A stretch of DNA of 39,809 nucleotides from Deltaproteobacteria bacterium (GCA_034670305.1 JAXMNT010000063.1:1-39809); one strand, 5' to 3'. Counted from the stretch's first letter, positions 1 to 9,077 are shown. Program-made: numbers and translations. Notes: a model not told the origin generated them from the sequence alone.

Positions 1-221
1 CGCAGCCACTTTCTGAGCACCAGTGACGCAGGTCGGGCGCTGCGCTCTGTGCCGCCCGCCGGGCAACGAACGGCGGTCCCCCGAACACGGCAGTTCAAGC
101 GGTGCAGCAGCATGGTGCATCTGCAAAAGAGCCCCTCTGTCGCGCCGCCCGCCAGCGGCTGTCACCGCGAAGTCGCTCCAAGCCGGAACCCCGCCGCCTT
201 CTTGGCGACACCAAGACCTCC
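1..221 (+). repeat. Dispersed non-coding element, inverted homolog of the region 3' of the RAYT gene (38709-38924)
   Basis: Nt 58-114 match the reverse complement of 38811-38867 at 53/57 positions, ungapped. Nt 1-11 (cgcagccactt) match 38914-38924 in the same register, and nt 202-221 match 38709-38728 at 16/20. Confidence 0.9.
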
Positions 222-321
222 GGTGTGATCCTTCCCGCGCTGCAGGTGACGCTCGGGGCGCTGCATGGGGCGGGCCGCCGGTTTCTGGCGCTCCGACACC
301 GCGGTTTTCTACGATCTCGGG

Positions 322-1707
322 ATGGTCCTTCGCCCGCGCCAGGCGCTCCACTCCCTCTGCGCGATCGCGCTCGTCGTCGGCTTCGGGTCCACTGCGCACG
401 CGGGCAACGACGACTCGTTCTTCCACGGCAACGAAGCCGCCATGATGGCCGGCGCAGTGACCGCGGCCGGAACCGGCGCCGGCATGCTCTGGTACAACCC
501 GGCCGGTCTGGGTGCGAACCAGCGAAGCCGTCTCGAGATCAGCGGCAGCCTCTTCACCCTGCGGCTGCGAAGCTTGGCGCCGTTCCAAGTCGTCGCCGCC
601 ACCGACCCCGACAGCGGCGCCACGACGTTCTTCGATTCCGAGAACGCGCGCTCGTCCGACATCCTCAGCGTGCCGTCCGCCCTGAGCTACACCCGCGCGC
701 TCGGCGAACACGTCACCGCGGGCTTCGGCGTCTTCACCCAGGTGCGCGACCAGTTCACGGTCGACAACACCTACCGGCCCGACCTCGGTTTCGATCTCGA
801 GTACCGCCGCACCCTCTCCGTCGACCACCAACGACTCTTCCTCGGACCGGGCATCGGCGCGCAGTTCGGCCGCCTCCGGATCGGCGCGTCGGTGTTCTTC
901 GTGTACGAGACCCAGCGCTTCGACGAACGCAACGCGCTCTTCGGCATGGTGGACGACCTCGGGTTTCAGGCGACCGACGACTACCGCATCGACCTTCGCC
1001 GACTGGCGGTTGAGCTCGTCCTCGGGGCGCAGGTCGACGTCGGTCGGCGTGGCCGGCTGGGCGTCACGGTGCGCGGACCCCGGTTCCGAATCGATGACCG
1101 GATCGAACTGAGCTACGTCGCGACGGAAGCGATCGGCGACTCGACCAGCTCTGCGTTCGGCTACGCCAGCGAACGCTTCGCCGAAGGCCTGAACGAACTG
1201 AGCGGTCCGCTCTCCGCGCCGATCGAAGTGGTGCTCGCGGGCGGCCTCGTCACCGAGAACTGCCGCGCCGGCGCCGAGCTCGATCTGAGCCACCGGTACT
1301 CCGGCCTCAGCGAGTACATCTTCACCTACAACCTGCGCGCTGGGGTTCGGTGCAAAGCCACCGACACGCTCGAGATCGGCGGCGGCTTCTTCACCGACCG
1401 AGCCAACGCCGACGCGAACGGGATCCTCGACGTGTTCGCCGACTACTACGGCGGCAGTTTCGCGGTGACCCTCAGCACCCCCGTCGGCCTGCGGCACGAC
1501 GACGACGAAGAGGGCGGTCCCGACGAACTCATCTTCCGCAGCACGTTGGCCCTCCGGTACGCAGCCGGCATCGGGTTCGGCACGTCGGGGTTGGCCGACC
1601 TGGACGCCATCGACGCATCGCCCGACTCCTTCGTCTTCGACGTCGATCTGCAAGACCTCGTCGTGCACGAGATCGGGATCTACATCGGCAGCGGCCTCGA
1701 CTTCTGA
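322..1707 (+). CDS. Outer-membrane beta-barrel protein, FadL/OmpP1-like
   Basis: Signal peptide (…STAHA), 'AMMAGAVTA…MLWYNPAGL' resembling the FadL-family N-terminal NPA motif, alternating beta-strand pattern, C-terminal Phe. Start placed at ATG 322, which has TACGAT 6 nt upstream. Confidence 0.7.
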   Translation: MVLRPRQALHSLCAIALVVGFGSTAHAGNDDSFFHGNEAAMMAGAVTAAGTGAGMLWYNPAGLGANQRSRLEISGSLFTLRLRSLAPFQVVAATDPDSGATTFFDSENARSSDILSVPSALSYTRALGEHVTAGFGVFTQVRDQFTVDNTYRPDLGFDLEYRRTLSVDHQRLFLGPGIGAQFGRLRIGASVFFVYETQRFDERNALFGMVDDLGFQATDDYRIDLRRLAVELVLGAQVDVGRRGRLGVTVRGPRFRIDDRIELSYVATEAIGDSTSSAFGYASERFAEGLNELSGPLSAPIEVVLAGGLVTENCRAGAELDLSHRYSGLSEYIFTYNLRAGVRCKATDTLEIGGGFFTDRANADANGILDVFADYYGGSFAVTLSTPVGLRHDDDEEGGPDELIFRSTLALRYAAGIGFGTSGLADLDAIDASPDSFVFDVDLQDLVVHEIGIYIGSGLDF

Positions 1708-1816
1708 AGCTCGGGGTGCGCTACCGAACGAAGATGGATGTGGTCGTTGGGCCACCCGCGCCATGGCCGTGGATGGAGTGGCCCGCCTTTCGGGCTGCGC
1801 AGGTCCTGTCGGCCCC

Positions 1817-3112
1817 TCAGCTCATCGCCACCGGGAGCAGCCCGCGCCGCGCGAGGATCGGAAGCAAGAACTCGGCGGTCTGAGCGAACATGTCGCTGTC
1901 CGGGTCGAGCATCTTGCCGACGCCCTCCGCGGTGATCATGCCGACGATGATGAGCGTCAGCTCGGTGCGTGGCCGCACCCGGTACTTGCGGCCGAGCGCG
2001 AACATCTCGTCGAACATCGCGCCCATCTCGAGCTCGCTCTTGGTCTGCCCGCGGAACTTCGTGACGAGCGACGCCATGTCGACCTCCATCGCGTCCCAGT
2101 CCACGCCCTCCATGTAGGTGTGGAAGTGTTTCATGTGCGCGGTCATGTCGACCGAGGTGCCCATCACCATGCACTTGGTGAAGTCGACGAACTCCGTGAG
2201 CAGGTCGTCGTCGAGGCGTTTTGCGAGCCCCACGTCGAAGATGCCCACCCGACCATCCGCCAGCGCGAGGAAGTTCCCTGGATGCAGGTCCGCGTGGAGG
2301 AACCCGTCCTCGAAACACATCTTCATGAACGCGCGGGCGAGTCGATCGGTGAGCTGGCTGTGGTCGCCCGGAGCGAGTTCGTCCACCTTGGTGCCCTCGA
2401 AGAACTCCATCGTCAGCACGCGTTCCGAACACGCCTCTTCGAAGATCCTCGGAAACACCACCCCCTCGAACCCATGAAAGTTCTCGTGGAACTGGGCGCT
2501 GTTCTCCGCTTCGATGCGCAGATCTGTTTGATCGAGGATGCCTCCGATGAAGTGTTCGAGATGCCCGAGCGGATCGCTCAGCTTGAGCGCGGGGTGCAAC
2601 GCGAGCAGCTTCGCGCCCGTGCGGAGAATGGTCGCGTCCCGTTCGATCCGCTGTCGCACGTCCGGCCGCAGCACCTTGACCGCGACGTCGACGTCCTCTC
2701 CTTGGATCCGGAGCGTCCCGCGGTGCACCTGCGCCACGCTCGCCGCCGCGATGGGCTCGTCGTCGAGCGTCTCGAAGACATGCCGACCGAGGTCTTCGTC
2801 GACCGTGCGGCGCATCTCCGCGGCGGAGAACGGCGGGATGTGATCTTGAAGTTGCCGCAGCTCCTCGATCATCTCGGGCGGAAAAAGATCCCGCCGGGTG
2901 CTCATCACCTGCCCGAGTTTGATGAAGGTCGGTCCGAGCTTCTCCATCGCGCGCCGCAACGTGCGCCCGCGCAGCTTGGCGATCGCGGCCTGGTACCGAT
3001 CCTCCCCATCGATCCACAACGTGCCGAAACGCAGCACCGCGTACCGAAGCCCGTACACCAGCCCCACCAGGCTGAGCCAACCGAACCGACCCAAGAGCAA
3101 GACCGCACGCAT
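1817..3112 (-). CDS. ABC1/AarF/UbiB-family atypical kinase
   Basis: Motifs LGPTFIKLGQ, PIAAASVAQVH, VAVKV, HADLHPGN, DVG. Start placed at MRAVLL. Confidence 0.9.
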   Translation of the reverse strand: MRAVLLLGRFGWLSLVGLVYGLRYAVLRFGTLWIDGEDRYQAAIAKLRGRTLRRAMEKLGPTFIKLGQVMSTRRDLFPPEMIEELRQLQDHIPPFSAAEMRRTVDEDLGRHVFETLDDEPIAAASVAQVHRGTLRIQGEDVDVAVKVLRPDVRQRIERDATILRTGAKLLALHPALKLSDPLGHLEHFIGGILDQTDLRIEAENSAQFHENFHGFEGVVFPRIFEEACSERVLTMEFFEGTKVDELAPGDHSQLTDRLARAFMKMCFEDGFLHADLHPGNFLALADGRVGIFDVGLAKRLDDDLLTEFVDFTKCMVMGTSVDMTAHMKHFHTYMEGVDWDAMEVDMASLVTKFRGQTKSELEMGAMFDEMFALGRKYRVRPRTELTLIIVGMITAEGVGKMLDPDSDMFAQTAEFLLPILARRGLLPVAMS

Positions 3113-3288
3113 CGCCCGCGAGTCTAGAGCAGATCGCGCCCGCGTTGGCCGCGTCGTCCATGGCGCCAAGATCAGCGTCGGCGTCGGCTTCGGGCTTCGC
3201 GCCTGGGTTGGTACCGTATGGCCGTGATCCGCTTTCTCACCCTGACGTTGTGGCTCCAGACCTACGAAGAGACGATGGCCACGGAGGC

Positions 3289-3498
3289 ATGACCCGATGG
3301 CAGAGCCGTGTGTCGTTCCGCGACCTCGATGGCGACGGCCGCCCGGACTTCCGAGTCGTGTACTCCGGCACCTTGGGTTGGGGGGACTGTGCGATGGACG
3401 ACGAGGGCTCCTGCGAGATCGACGAGACGCGCGAGGCCCACTACTCGATCGAGCGCGACGTGTGGACGTTGGCCGCCGGGACCCGTTGGCCGATCTGA
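3289..3498 (+). CDS. Short hypothetical protein or 3' gene remnant with a DLDGDGRPD (FG-GAP/EF-hand-like) loop
   Basis: Coding-like GC3 bias over about 70 codons and a DxDGDGxxD motif. No signal peptide, so possibly a fragment. Confidence 0.35.
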   Translation: MTRWQSRVSFRDLDGDGRPDFRVVYSGTLGWGDCAMDDEGSCEIDETREAHYSIERDVWTLAAGTRWPI

Positions 3499-3543
3499 CC
3501 TGAGCGTTGGCCCATGCGCTGGCGCTCCGGGGCCTCCAGCCTC

Positions 3544-3798
3544 ATGTTGCCAGTCGTGTTGACCGTCTACGAGCGACCGGGCTGTATGTTCTGTGTGCGG
3601 ATGCGCATGTTGCTGGAGCAGGAGGGCATTCCCTTCGAGCTGCACACACTGACGGACGAAGCGTCGAAAGCTGCCGCCAAGCAGAAGCACGGCTGGTCGA
3701 CGTTTCCGATCGTGGTCGCCGCCGATGGAACGACGATTGGCGGGTTCACCGAAGCCGCGTCGCTGCACCGGCGCGGGCAACTCCGCCCCAAGACCTAG
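3544..3798 (+). CDS. Glutaredoxin
   Basis: CMFC active site after 'VYERPG', cis-Pro motif TFP, IGGF motif. Start uncertain (ATG 3544 or GTG 3556). Confidence 0.85.
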   Translation: MLPVVLTVYERPGCMFCVRMRMLLEQEGIPFELHTLTDEASKAAAKQKHGWSTFPIVVAADGTTIGGFTEAASLHRRGQLRPKT

Positions 3799-3807
3799 CC
3801 TCCGCCG

Positions 3808-5676
3808 TCAGCGGGTCGTGCCCCACGCGTGTTCTGCGTTCAGGCCCTCCGCGGTCTTGCGCAAGGTCGTCGTGGCTTTGCCGCGCACCGCTTGAGCCAG
3901 CGCGTTCGCGAACTTCTGGGCCGTGTCGAAGCGGTCGTCCGCGTCTTTCGCCAGCCCCACCCGCAACACCACATCGACCGCGTCCGGCAACGCCGTGACC
4001 TCGCTCGGGCGGGGCGGCAACGAGTGCACGACCCCGTGGATCAGTCGGGGGAGATCCTTGCCGGTGAACGCGGGTCGACCGGTCAAGCACCGGTACGCGA
4101 TCACCGCGAGCGCATACACGTCGACCCGGTGGTCGAGCGTGCCATCTCCGGTGGCTTGCTCCGGAGCCATGTACGCTGGCGTGCCGACCAGGTTCCCCCC
4201 GGTGAGCGTCCCGACTTCACCGGCCAACTTGGAGACGCCGAAGTCGAGGATCTTCCAGACGCCCTCGGGTTCCACCCGAAACAGGTTCTGGGGTTTGAGG
4301 TCGCGGTGCACGATGTCCCGCTCGCGGGTGACCATCAGCCCGGCGGCCACCTGCTTCACCATGTCGACGACCTGCGCCGGCTTGAGGCGGCGGCGTTCGC
4401 GAAGGTGAAACGCGAGATCGTGACCGACCAGGTGTTCCATCGCGAGGTAGGGCAGGGGCGAGAGCGCACCGCCGATCTCGAACACCTTCACGACGTGCGG
4501 CGACTCGAGCGACGCGACGAGTTTGGCTTCGCGTTCGAACCGCTCGATCGGGTTGGCGTCGGTCTGCAAGACCGTGCGTTGAAGCAGTTTCACCGCGGCG
4601 GGTTCACCGGTCTCGACGTGGGTCGCCGCGTAGATCTCCCCCATGCCCCCGCGGCCGATGATGACACCGAGTTCGTACGAACCGAGCCGCTGCTCGGAGA
4701 AGCGCCCGGGTTCACCGATGCCCGCCGCCCGTTCGAGATCGTTCCGGGCTTCCCGCAAGAGCGCCTCGCGCGCAGCGACTTGCCGAACCGCGGCTTCGAG
4801 CGACTCCACCGTTTCGCGGGTGCGTTTCGCCGACACCCGTCCGATCAAGAACGCGATGCCGTACACGACCTGCACCGCGGCCTGCGCGACGATCAAGGTC
4901 AGGAACACCGCCCCGTCGCTGCGGATGAGTCCGCGGTCTTCGATCACACCGAATGCGATCAACAGCCCCGGCACCGCTTGGCCGATCGCCGCCGCGGCGT
5001 AGGTGCTGCCCGCGTACCGAAGTGGTGAGCCGAGGCTGTAGTTGTAGATCGCGAGCGCGACCACGCACGGGAACGGCGAATAGAGCCCGAAGAAGTACGC
5101 CATCGGCCACGACGCCACCGCCATGATCACGCCGATCCAGCCGACCGCCGCCACCGAGTAGCGGACGATGTCGCGGCTGATCCACCAGATGGTCGCAAAC
5201 CCGAGCCAAAGGACGACGAGCCCAATCGAAGCGAACTGGGTCGCGAGGGGGTCGCCGTCGAGCGCGAGCACGCAGCCGAGCCCGACCAGACACACGACGT
5301 TCATGCCCCCCGAGAACGCATGGATTCGGTTGACGTCGTCGGCGCGGAGGAAGTCGCCGGAGCTCGTCACGATGCTGGGGCCCGAGAGCCCGGTGTACCC
5401 AGTCAGGGACCCACTGGTGGAGACGTCCCCCGAGGGCACCTCCGCATCCCCACCCTCCGGTGAGGGATCGGCTGCGCCCTCGGGGTGTGCGTCGCCCTTC
5501 GGCGCGGCGACCGTGGCCGGCTCCTCCGGCGGTTCGGTCAGGGTCTCGTCGAGACCGGCGGGAACCGGTTCGCCCGCAGGCGGATGGGCGAGGGACGCGC
5601 GCGGCCGAGCCGCAATGGTGGCTTCTTCCAACCCCTCGGGATCTTCGGTCGGCTCGTCTGATTCCCCCCCGGGCAC
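3808..5676 (-). CDS. Membrane-anchored Hanks-type Ser/Thr protein kinase
   Basis: GRGGMG, AAVK, HRDLKPQN, DFG and APE motifs, preceded by several hydrophobic segments and a short coiled coil. Start uncertain (GTG 5676 chosen). Confidence 0.92.
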   Translation of the reverse strand: MPGGESDEPTEDPEGLEEATIAARPRASLAHPPAGEPVPAGLDETLTEPPEEPATVAAPKGDAHPEGAADPSPEGGDAEVPSGDVSTSGSLTGYTGLSGPSIVTSSGDFLRADDVNRIHAFSGGMNVVCLVGLGCVLALDGDPLATQFASIGLVVLWLGFATIWWISRDIVRYSVAAVGWIGVIMAVASWPMAYFFGLYSPFPCVVALAIYNYSLGSPLRYAGSTYAAAAIGQAVPGLLIAFGVIEDRGLIRSDGAVFLTLIVAQAAVQVVYGIAFLIGRVSAKRTRETVESLEAAVRQVAAREALLREARNDLERAAGIGEPGRFSEQRLGSYELGVIIGRGGMGEIYAATHVETGEPAAVKLLQRTVLQTDANPIERFEREAKLVASLESPHVVKVFEIGGALSPLPYLAMEHLVGHDLAFHLRERRRLKPAQVVDMVKQVAAGLMVTRERDIVHRDLKPQNLFRVEPEGVWKILDFGVSKLAGEVGTLTGGNLVGTPAYMAPEQATGDGTLDHRVDVYALAVIAYRCLTGRPAFTGKDLPRLIHGVVHSLPPRPSEVTALPDAVDVVLRVGLAKDADDRFDTAQKFANALAQAVRGKATTTLRKTAEGLNAEHAWGTTR

Positions 5677-5780
5677 GTACCGACAAGATGCCAGTGCGCC
5701 GCGCCCAGGTCGACACCGGATGCGTCGAACGCCGACGCTTCTGGACGACCGCACGGTCCCATGGTCTATGATCCGCCGCG

Positions 5781-7217
5781 ATGAGCGACGTCTCCGTCTT
5801 CCTACTCTGCATCTCGGCGATCTTCTTGATCGGCATCATCGGCGAGCTGGTGTTCGCCCGAACCGGCATCCCCGACGTCGTCTGGCTGATCGTCGTGGGC
5901 ATCGTGCTCGGTCCCGTCTCCGGACTGGTCACCAAGACGTCGCTGCAGGCGGCGGCGCCCTACTTCGGCGCGCTGACCCTGGTGATCGTCCTGTTCGATG
6001 GCGGCAGCGAGCTGAAGCTCGCGGAGTTGAGCAAGGCCGCGGCGCGAGGATCCGCGCTGGCGATCTTTGGCTTCATCTTGGCGGTCCTGTGCGTCGCACC
6101 GGTCGCCATGGTCGCCTCCGCGATGGGCATCGTGCCGGAGGGCTGGACTTGGATGCACGCGATCCTGCTCGGCACCATTCTCGGCGGCTCGAGTTCGGTC
6201 GTCATCATGCCCGCGCTGCGCCAGGCGGGACTGAGCCCGAGGATCTCGAACCTCGTGAACCTCGAGTCCGCGTTGACGGATGTGCTCAGCGTCGTCGCAA
6301 CCGGCGCGGTCATCCAGCTGATGATCCCGCGGACCGGGGGCGCCGAAGCGGTCAGCGCGCCGGTGATGCTGCTCAAGAACTTCGGCATCGGCGTCGGCAT
6401 CGGCCTCGTCGCCGGCATGATGGCGGTCCTCGTCCTGCGTCCGATGAGAAAGAGCGTGTACGCCTACCCGCTCACCCTCGGCGGCCTGCTCTCCCTCTAC
6501 GTCCTCGTCGACGAACTCGGCGGCTCGGCGGCGCTCGGCATCCTCACCGCGGCGGTGATGATCGGCAACGCGCCGACCCTCTCCAAGGCCATCGGGCTCG
6601 CGAAAGAAGCGCGGCTCGGCAAGAACGTCAAAGGCGTGCACGGCGAGTTCGCGTTCATCATCAAGAGCTTTTTCTTCTGCTTCATCGGCGCGATGCTCGG
6701 TCCGCCCTGGGGCGGCCTGCTCTTCGGTGTGTTCATCGGTCTCGTGCTTCTGATCGCGCGGCTCCCCAACGTGTACCTGATGACGGCGAAGGCCGGGTTC
6801 AGCAAACCCGCCCGCGGCCTCGTCGCCATCCTCTTCCCGCGCGGCATGGCGGCGGGCGTGCTCGCGATGATGCCGCACCAGTTCGGTGTCCCGAACACCC
6901 GCGAGCTCCCAGTCGTGGTGTTCGCCGCCGTGTTCACGACCATCCTGCTCTTCGCGGCGGGCTTCCCGATCTTCAAGAAGAAGCTGCCGCCCGAAGACCT
7001 CATCTCCGAAGCCGAGGCCAAGGGCCTCGTGCCGGACCCGACCGCCTCGATGACCGACCTGCCCGACGCATCGATGAGCGCCGCGCCTGGCGGACCCGTC
7101 GAGGTCGCGCCCGTGCTCGCGGTCGACGTCGGGTCCGGACACGCGGACGCCACTCACTTGGACCCCAACGCGGGCCTCGACGCTGCCCTGCACGGCGAGG
7201 GAGACGAAGACGCATGA
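5781..7217 (+). CDS. Cation:proton antiporter (CPA1, NhaP-type)
   Basis: Many TM segments; LFDGG, LNLES-like 'VNLESALTD' and PRG motifs; acidic C-terminal tail. Confidence 0.88.
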   Translation: MSDVSVFLLCISAIFLIGIIGELVFARTGIPDVVWLIVVGIVLGPVSGLVTKTSLQAAAPYFGALTLVIVLFDGGSELKLAELSKAAARGSALAIFGFILAVLCVAPVAMVASAMGIVPEGWTWMHAILLGTILGGSSSVVIMPALRQAGLSPRISNLVNLESALTDVLSVVATGAVIQLMIPRTGGAEAVSAPVMLLKNFGIGVGIGLVAGMMAVLVLRPMRKSVYAYPLTLGGLLSLYVLVDELGGSAALGILTAAVMIGNAPTLSKAIGLAKEARLGKNVKGVHGEFAFIIKSFFFCFIGAMLGPPWGGLLFGVFIGLVLLIARLPNVYLMTAKAGFSKPARGLVAILFPRGMAAGVLAMMPHQFGVPNTRELPVVVFAAVFTTILLFAAGFPIFKKKLPPEDLISEAEAKGLVPDPTASMTDLPDASMSAAPGGPVEVAPVLAVDVGSGHADATHLDPNAGLDAALHGEGDEDA

Positions 7218-8005
7218 GCAGACTGAAGATCCAGATCGAACACGGCATCGCTGAGGTGCTCCTGAACCGGCCCGAGAAACGCAACGGCCTCGACGTGGAG
7301 ATGTTCGAAGCGATCGTCGCCGCCGGTGTGCGCTTGAAAACAGAACCCGGTCTGCGCGCCGTCGTGTTGCATGGCGCCGGCGCCTCGTTCTGCGCGGGGC
7401 TCGACTTCCAAGCGTTCATGTCGGGCCCGGCCGAGGTCCAGGCGGTGCTCTTGGCCCGGCCCGAAGGCCAACCTGCCAACGTGGCGCAGCGCGTCTCGTG
7501 GGTCTGGCGCGAAGTGCCGGTCCCGGTGATCTGCGCGATCCACGGCCACTGCTTCGGAGGGGGTCTGCAGATCGCACTCGGCGCGGACATCCGCTACGCG
7601 CGCCCCGACGCGCAGCTCTCCGTGATGGAGATGAAGTGGGGCCTCATTCCGGACATGGGCATCACCAAAACCCTGCCGCCACTCGTCGGCCTCGACGTCG
7701 CCAAGGAGCTCGCCATGACGGCCGAGGTGATCGACGGAACGGAAGCCCACGCGCTCGGCATGGTCACGCGGCTGAGCGACGACCCGCTCGAAGAAGCCCG
7801 GAGCACCGCACGCGCGATCGCGAAGCGCAACCCGCACGCGATCCGCGCCGTCAAAGAACTCTTCGAACGGGCACCGCAGCTCGACGTACACGCCGCGTTC
7901 AAACTCGAGACCGAGCTTCAGCTCCCTCTGCTCGGCAGCAAGAACCAGCTCGAAGCGGTGATGGCCGGAATGCAGAAACGCGACGCGAAGTTCGACGACG
8001 TCTGA
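7214..8005 (+). CDS. Enoyl-CoA hydratase/crotonase family protein
   Basis: LNRPEKRN, FCAGLD, GHCFGGG…ALGADIR, E..WGLIPD motifs; ATGA overlap with the antiporter stop. Confidence 0.92.
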   Translation: MSRLKIQIEHGIAEVLLNRPEKRNGLDVEMFEAIVAAGVRLKTEPGLRAVVLHGAGASFCAGLDFQAFMSGPAEVQAVLLARPEGQPANVAQRVSWVWREVPVPVICAIHGHCFGGGLQIALGADIRYARPDAQLSVMEMKWGLIPDMGITKTLPPLVGLDVAKELAMTAEVIDGTEAHALGMVTRLSDDPLEEARSTARAIAKRNPHAIRAVKELFERAPQLDVHAAFKLETELQLPLLGSKNQLEAVMAGMQKRDAKFDDV

Positions 8006-8016
8006 AGCCCGCGGTC

Positions 8017-8136
8017 AGAAACAGCGGCAGCAACAGCGGCAGAAACAGCGGCAGCAACAGCGGCAGAAACAGCGGCAGCGGCAGAAACAGCGGCAGGAAC
8101 CGCGGCAGGAACCAGCGGAAGCAACAGCGGAAGCAA
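8017..8136. repeat. Tandem array of a 12-nt unit AG(A/C)AACAGCGGC, degenerating rightwards
   Basis: Read directly: agaaacagcggc agcaacagcggc agaaacagcggc agcaacagcggc…. Confidence 0.92.
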
Positions 8137-8140
8137 GGGT

Positions 8141-8166
8141 GGCCGGCACCCAGACGGGCGCCGGCC
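8141..8166 (-). terminator. GC-rich hairpin just downstream of the four-helix-bundle gene (possible terminator or processing stem)
   Basis: Minus strand GGCCGGCGCCC-gtct-GGGTGCCGGCC gives an 11-bp stem with one G-U pair. No clear U tract. Confidence 0.4.
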
Positions 8167-8173
8167 CTTTCGC

Positions 8174-8488
8174 TCAGTGGCTGAGCTTGTAGAGCATCGC
8201 GCAGACGTGGTCGCACCGGTCGAGCAGCTCGGCGTCGACCGTCACGTACCCGAAGACCTCGGCCAGCTGCATTGCAGCCTTGAGCTCGCTGCACTCGCCA
8301 TACGCAATGGAGAACTTGTCCCGGCAGCGAAGCCCCCGCGCCTGTCGCGCCTCAGCAATGTTCAGCACCACCGACTGCGCCGCCCGCTGCATCTGGGACG
8401 CAAGCGAAGCGTCGTGCCTTCGTACGGCCGGCAGCACCTGAACGCGAAGCGAACGCACCAGTTCGAAAGAAGATTGAAGAACGATCAT
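8174..8488 (-). CDS. Four-helix-bundle protein (23S rRNA IVP / bAvd-like family)
   Basis: 104 aa with the family signature 'LASQMQRAAQSVVLNIAEA…F.IAYGE..E'; AGGGG ribosome-binding-like sequence upstream of the ATG. Confidence 0.88.
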   Translation of the reverse strand: MIVLQSSFELVRSLRVQVLPAVRRHDASLASQMQRAAQSVVLNIAEARQARGLRCRDKFSIAYGECSELKAAMQLAEVFGYVTVDAELLDRCDHVCAMLYKLSH

Positions 8489-8526
8489 CGGAGACCCCTG
8501 TGTGAAGACGACCGAGCAGTGCGCCC

Positions 8527-8628
8527 GGCGGCCGCAGGCCGCCCTCTTCTGGCGGGTCAGGGGTCAAGGGCGAAGCGGCGCGAAGGCGCCGGGCCGCAGG
8601 CCCCCTTGAGGCCTGGCACGCCAGAAGA
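8527..8628. repeat. Cluster of palindromes (REP-like, branched stem-loop)
   Basis: GGCGGCC-GCA-GGCCGCC (8527-8543). Long imperfect stem TCTTCTGGCG…TCAAGGG / CCCTTGA…CGCCAGAAGA (8545-8628) enclosing GGCGC-GAAG-GCGCC and GGGCC-GCA-GGCCC. Confidence 0.8.
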
Positions 8629-8657
8629 CACGCTTGATCACCCGCCGGGCACCACCC

Positions 8658-8729
8658 AACCCGGTCCGAGTCCGAAGGACGAGCCGACTCCGTAGGAGAG
8701 GCTACAAGCCGGACCGGAAGCGGAAGCGG
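8658..8729 (+). repeat. 72-bp structured direct repeat, copy 1
   Basis: Identical to 10567-10638. Outer stem CCGGTCCG/CGGACCGG encloses GTCC-GAA-GGAC and AGCC..CTCC-GTA-GGAG.GGCT. Confidence 0.95.
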
Positions 8730-8822
8730 AAGCGGTCGCGGTCGCGGTCGCGGAAGCGGAAGCGGTCGCGGTCGCGGTCGCGGAAGCGGAAGCGGTCGCG
8801 GAAGCGGTCGCGGAAGCGGAGG
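8718..8822. repeat. Mosaic hexamer array (AAGCGG / TCGCGG)
   Basis: Read directly from the sequence. Confidence 0.92.
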
Positions 8823-8833
8823 CGGGTGCGTTC

Positions 8834-8900
8834 AGCCTTCGCCCGAGTCCGAAGGAGCTGACTTCCGAAGGAGAGGCTACTGCGACTCCGAATGAGAGCA
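8834..8900. repeat. Diverged third copy of the hairpin unit
   Basis: ccgagtccgaagga…ccgaaggagaggctac shares the core of the 72-bp repeat, with the second loop changed from GTA to GAA. Closed by AGCCT/AGGCT. Confidence 0.75.
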
Positions 8901-9058
8901 TGACTGCAGCTGTGGCTGTAGCGGTGGCTGCAGCTGTGGCTGTTGCTGATGCTGCTGCTGGTTCTGTTGCTGACGCTGCTGCTGGTTCCGTTGCTGACGC
9001 TGCTGCTGATTCTGCTGCTGGTTCTGTTGCTGCCGCTGGTGCTGACGCTGCTGCTGGC
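8901..9058. repeat. GCT-rich 12-nt-period array, reverse-complementary to 10402-10562
   Basis: Units such as gttgctgacgct and gctgctgattct; the reverse complement reads agcgtcagcaac / agaatcagcagc. Confidence 0.88.
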
Positions 9059-9077
9059 GTGCGAACTCACCAGCCGT

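Noticed and set aside
5168-8005. 945-aa ORF, and similarly extended ORFs 12325-14433, 16219-18030, 22838-24439, 29456-32173
   Set aside because: The N-terminal extensions are off-frame read-through of upstream genes in GC-rich DNA. The real starts overlap the upstream stops (ATGA/GTGA/TTGA).
8174-8488. Diversity-generating retroelement (Avd-like gene plus repeats)
   Set aside because: No reverse transcriptase in the window and no TR/VR pair differing at adenines; the 72-bp repeats are identical.
8174-8488. 23S rRNA intervening sequence
   Set aside because: The flanks are not rRNA. I recognised no rRNA or tRNA gene anywhere in the window.
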